Source: Thermomicrobiales bacterium
GTDB lineage: Bacteria > Chloroflexota > Chloroflexia > Thermomicrobiales > UBA6265
Length of the DNA: 46,922 bases
Assembly: GCA_037721765.1 (NCBI GenBank)
Contig: JBBJOE010000002.1
Span: forward strand, 1-46,922
Direction: 5' to 3'
Part shown: positions 43,914-46,922 of the stretch, in pieces
Layout: each line of letters opens with the position of its first letter
Numbering within the stretch: position 1 is the first letter of the stretch
Position numbers and translations under genes: made by a program
The notes under the pieces: generated by a model
Database searches by the model: none
What the model saw: only the letters and a program-made list of their open reading frames with translations
What the model was told of the DNA's origin: nothing

Positions 43914-45239
43914 TCAATCACCGCTGGGCAGCGGTGCGCGTTCGCCGGCGAGGAAGGGTCCGCCACGGCCTGCCTCGGGCGGGAGGGGCGGGGCCGGATT
44001 GGCCAGCGCACCGGCCAAGAACGCGGTCGCGGCGGCGGTGACCCCGGCCACTCCGTTGATCAACAGGGCTACCTCGTAATTCCCGGTCAGGTCGTAGAGA
44101 ACGGCGTCGAAGTAGGCTCCCGCCCCGAACCCGATGTTCATGAACGTGAACATCGTACCGAAGATGACGCCAAGGTGGGCAGGACCGTAGGTGTCTGCCG
44201 CCAGGGCCGCGGTCAGCGGCGTCGTCGCCGACCACGATACGCCGAGCACGATCGCATAGAGAAAGACCAATGGACCCTGCGGCACCAGGAAGAGCAGGAA
44301 GAACGAGATGCCACGCAAGGCATAGGTGAAGCCGAGGACGCTGCCGATGTCGAATCTGTCGGCCAGCCAACCGAGGAGCAACGACCCCCCGACACTGAAG
44401 ATCGCCGTCAGGCTGATGACGTCGGCGGCCGACCCGGCGTGCATCCCCATGTCGTGGGAGAAGGCCATGAAGTGGATACTGGCGAACGACATCGTGAAAC
44501 CGCAGACCAGGAAGCCGAAAGCCAGCAACCAGAAGACCGGACCGCGGAACGCCGCCCGGGGCGCTATCGATGCCCTTCCCTGTGCCGATCTGGCTGACAG
44601 CGTCCCGACGCCGGTGGCAGGACGTTCCTTGAGCAGAGCGATCCCGAGGGGGACGATCACCACTAGGAGCAGCACCGCCATCAGCCGGTAGGTGGACTGC
44701 CAGTCGGCTTGGGACAGCACGTAGACGGCTACCGGCACGATCAGGAGCTGGCCGAATGGCGTCCCCGAGGTCGCCAGGGAGAGGGCCGCCCCCCGGTGCC
44801 GGGTGAACCACCGGCTGACCATCGCCGTGGTGTTGACGGGGCTGGTGGCGGCGAAGGCGATCCCCCCCACCACGCCGTAGATCACGTAGACGTGCCAGAG
44901 CTGGCTGACGAAGGAGAGGGGGATCAGGAGGAGGCCGACAAGAGTGGCGCCAAGCATCAAGACCCGTTTGGGACCGAAATGGTCCGACACCCACCCGACC
45001 ACCGGCTGACAGATCGAGAGCACCACCATGTTGATCAGGACGGCGACGGAGAGCTGGGACCGGCTCCAGCCGAACTCTTCCTCCATCGGCAGCAAGACGA
45101 CGCCGAAGACGAACCGGGCCCCGGAAGTCGCCATCAGGATCGTGGCGATGGTGCCGACGATGACCCAGCCGTACCAGGGCGGGAGGTTCCCGGCGCTCCG
45201 TCCGCGTCCTCGCCTCACCCGACCTCCCGGTGACTTCAC
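43914..45239 (-). CDS. MFS transporter (oxalate/formate antiporter-like)
   Basis: Track ORF 43914..45410 trimmed to the GTG at 45239. Longer forms would cover the gcvPB promoter and RBS region. Typical 12-TM layout. [13 protein letters not shown] loop motif. Confidence 0.8.
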   Translation of the reverse strand: MKSPGGRVRRGRGRSAGNLPPWYGWVIVGTIATILMATSGARFVFGVVLLPMEEEFGWSRSQLSVAVLINMVVLSICQPVVGWVSDHFGPKRVLMLGATLVGLLLIPLSFVSQLWHVYVIYGVVGGIAFAATSPVNTTAMVSRWFTRHRGAALSLATSGTPFGQLLIVPVAVYVLSQADWQSTYRLMAVLLLVVIVPLGIALLKERPATGVGTLSARSAQGRASIAPRAAFRGPVFWLLAFGFLVCGFTMSFASIHFMAFSHDMGMHAGSAADVISLTAIFSVGGSLLLGWLADRFDIGSVLGFTYALRGISFFLLFLVPQGPLVFLYAIVLGVSWSATTPLTAALAADTYGPAHLGVIFGTMFTFMNIGFGAGAYFDAVLYDLTGNYEVALLINGVAGVTAAATAFLAGALANPAPPLPPEAGRGGPFLAGERAPLPSGD

Positions 45240-45302
45240 GGTCCATCGACTTCGTCCGGTGGCGTCGTGTCTCCCGGGCCACCCGGCCGACCCGAGGCCG
45301 CA

Positions 45303-45331
45303 TTGTTGGCCGTTGGACCCCATGCTACCAT
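45303..45331 (+). promoter_or_regulatory. putative gcvPB promoter
   Basis: TTGTTG (45303-45308), exact 17-nt spacer, TACCAT (45326-45331), about 63 nt upstream of the ATG at 45395. Pattern match only. Confidence 0.3.
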
Positions 45332-45394
45332 CGAAGATCGATCGGCGAAAACGCCGTGGCCGGGGCATCGAGACACACACAAAGGGAGTCGCGG

Positions 45395-46894
45395 ATGGCG
45401 GCAGAACCACTGATCTACGACCTGGGAAAAGCCGACCGCCGCGCGGTTCGCTTCCCGACCCCGGACGTGCCCGAGACCGACCTGCCGGCCGATCTCTGCC
45501 GGGAGTCGCTGGACTGGCCCGAGGTCAGCGAGATCGACGTCATCCGCCACTTCACCCGCCTCAGCCAGAAGAACCACGCCATCGACATCAATATGTACCC
45601 GCTCGGGTCGTGTACGATGAAGTACAACCCAAAGATCAATGAGGCCGTCGCCCGATACCCGGGCTTCGCCGGCATCCATCCGGATCAGGACCCGGCCACG
45701 GTCCAAGGCATGCTGGAGTTGATGTGGGAACTCCAGGGCATGCTGGCGGAAATCTCCGGCTTCGCCCACGTCACCCTCCAGCCCGCCGCCGGTGCCCATG
45801 GTGAGCTCACCGGGGTGATGGTGATGCGTTCCTACCACGAGGCCCGGGGCGACTCCGCGCGTCGCAAGATCCTGGTGCCCGACACCGCGCATGGCACCAA
45901 CCCCGCCACCGCCATCATGGCCGGGTTCGAGGTGGTCACCATCCCGTCAGACGCCCGGGGCAACGTCGACATCGACCGGCTCGAGGCCGAACTCGGCCCG
46001 GATGTCGCCGGGCTCATGATCACGAATCCCAACACCCTTGGCCTGTGGGACGAGCACATCGCTCACGTGGTCGCTATGGTCCACGAGTGCGGCGGCCTGG
46101 TCTACAACGACGGTGCCAACTTCAACGCGATCCTGGGCATCGCCAGGCCCGGCGACCTCGGCATCGACGTGATGCACTACAACTTACACAAGACCTTTTC
46201 GACACCGCACGGCGGCGGCGGACCCGGATCGGGCCCGGTAGGCGTCCGACACGACTTGGCCGCCTATCTGCCCGGCCCGCGGGTCGCCCGATCCGAGGTC
46301 GACGGCGAGGTCACCTTTGGCTGGCAACAGCCCGCCGAGTCATTCGGTCGCCTCCACGCCTTCCACGGCAACGTCGGCATGCACGTCCGGGCCTACTGCT
46401 ATATCCGGATGCACGGCGCCGCCGGACTCCGCGAGGTCAGCGAGGATGCCGTCCTCGCCGCCAACTACCTCCGGGCCCGCCTGAGCTCACGCTACGAGCT
46501 GGCCTACGATCGGACCTGCATGCATGAGTTCGTCCTCTCCGGCTCGCGGCAGAAGGCGAATGGGGTCAGGACCCTGGACATCGCCAAACGGCTGCTGGAC
46601 TTCGGGGTCCACCCACCGACGACCTACTTCCCCCTGATCGTTCCTGAGGCCCTGATGATCGAGCCGACGGAGACGGAGTCGATAGAGAGCCTCGACTACT
46701 TCGTCGCCGCGATGCTCCAGATCGCCGACGAGGCCGCGACCGCACCGGAGACCGTCACCAACGCCCCGCACCGGACCGAGTACAAGCGACTCGACGAGGT
46801 CGGCGCCAATCGGACCCTGAACCTCCGCTGGCGCCCACCGGTGCCGGTGACCGGGACGGTCCCCGCCCGGGGAACCCCGGTCGCCGCCGATTGA
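45395..46894 (+). CDS. gcvPB: glycine dehydrogenase (aminomethyl-transferring) subunit 2
   Basis: Track ORF 45230..46894 trimmed to the ATG at 45395 (AAGGGAG RBS). Blocks: [13 protein letters not shown]...[39 protein letters not shown] (PLP-Lys region). Confidence 0.93.
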   Translation: MAAEPLIYDLGKADRRAVRFPTPDVPETDLPADLCRESLDWPEVSEIDVIRHFTRLSQKNHAIDINMYPLGSCTMKYNPKINEAVARYPGFAGIHPDQDPATVQGMLELMWELQGMLAEISGFAHVTLQPAAGAHGELTGVMVMRSYHEARGDSARRKILVPDTAHGTNPATAIMAGFEVVTIPSDARGNVDIDRLEAELGPDVAGLMITNPNTLGLWDEHIAHVVAMVHECGGLVYNDGANFNAILGIARPGDLGIDVMHYNLHKTFSTPHGGGGPGSGPVGVRHDLAAYLPGPRVARSEVDGEVTFGWQQPAESFGRLHAFHGNVGMHVRAYCYIRMHGAAGLREVSEDAVLAANYLRARLSSRYELAYDRTCMHEFVLSGSRQKANGVRTLDIAKRLLDFGVHPPTTYFPLIVPEALMIEPTETESIESLDYFVAAMLQIADEAATAPETVTNAPHRTEYKRLDEVGANRTLNLRWRPPVPVTGTVPARGTPVAAD

Positions 46895-46922
46895 CACGAC
46901 GGCGTCGCTCCTTCGTGAGTTC

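Noticed and set aside
43918-45303. 461-aa alternate-frame ORF overlapping the OFA-like MFS gene
   Set aside because: Same reasoning. The hydrophobic 12-TM frame is the real one.
45240-45394. Possible glycine riboswitch upstream of gcvPB
   Set aside because: No GGAGAG...ACCGAAGGGGCAA-type aptamer core is visible on the plus strand.
1-46922. Search for CRISPR arrays, IS or transposon ends, integrases, prophage genes, toxin-antitoxin pairs, rRNA and tRNA
   Set aside because: I saw no spaced direct repeats, no transposase-, integrase- or phage-like ORFs, and no tRNA cloverleaf candidates. The window looks like core chromosome throughout, with uniform composition by eye.

Overview
GC-rich (roughly two-thirds G+C by eye, not computed), gene-dense chromosomal segment with about 45 protein genes and one RNA gene. 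I saw no transposase or integrase, no CRISPR array, no rRNA and no tRNA.

Gene order:
- partial M20 peptidase (-)
- sdhA-sdhB plus a 3-TM protein (+)
- Bacillus-type large SRP RNA (-) with its own promoter and terminator
- 2Fe-2S ferredoxin, M24 peptidase, small zinc-ribbon ORF, DCD/dUTPase-fold protein, MFS, anmK
- Dpp/Opp-type ABC binding protein plus two permeases (no ATPase genes)
- moaA, 2-hydroxyacid dehydrogenase
- a tightly overlapping minus-strand operon: M20 peptidase, moaB, hisS, LmbE-type deacetylase, M24-like, GHMP kinase
- a Met-rich secreted protein
- rplS-rnhB-yraN
- bifunctional homocysteine methyltransferase/MTHFR
- a cyanophycin locus: cphB-cphA1 and a convergent cphA paralog that lacks the ATP-grasp domain
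- CPBP protease, parB
- MFS, small ORF and PepSY-like membrane protein
- prfB with the classical CUU UGA C +1 frameshift site, translationally coupled to an MA-clan peptidase-like gene
- fixX plus a thioredoxin-like ferredoxin, PAP2-like membrane protein
- a two-gene cassette of unknown function, MFS, gcvPB

Many long ORFs in the supplied track are alternate-frame or antisense artefacts of high GC (Arg/Pro/Gly-rich). Several track ORFs have N-terminal over-extensions, which I trimmed using RBS, overlap and homology logic.

Lineage guess (inference only): a high-GC lineage that keeps the large Alu-domain SRP RNA, for example Chloroflexota/Thermomicrobia-like.

The best candidate for something undescribed is the G-domain-less CphA paralog within the cyanophycin locus. 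Secondary candidates are the 42360-43837 unknown two-gene cassette, the Met-rich secreted HIH-motif protein, and AT-rich palindromes overlapping -10 boxes (moaA, prfB, rplS).
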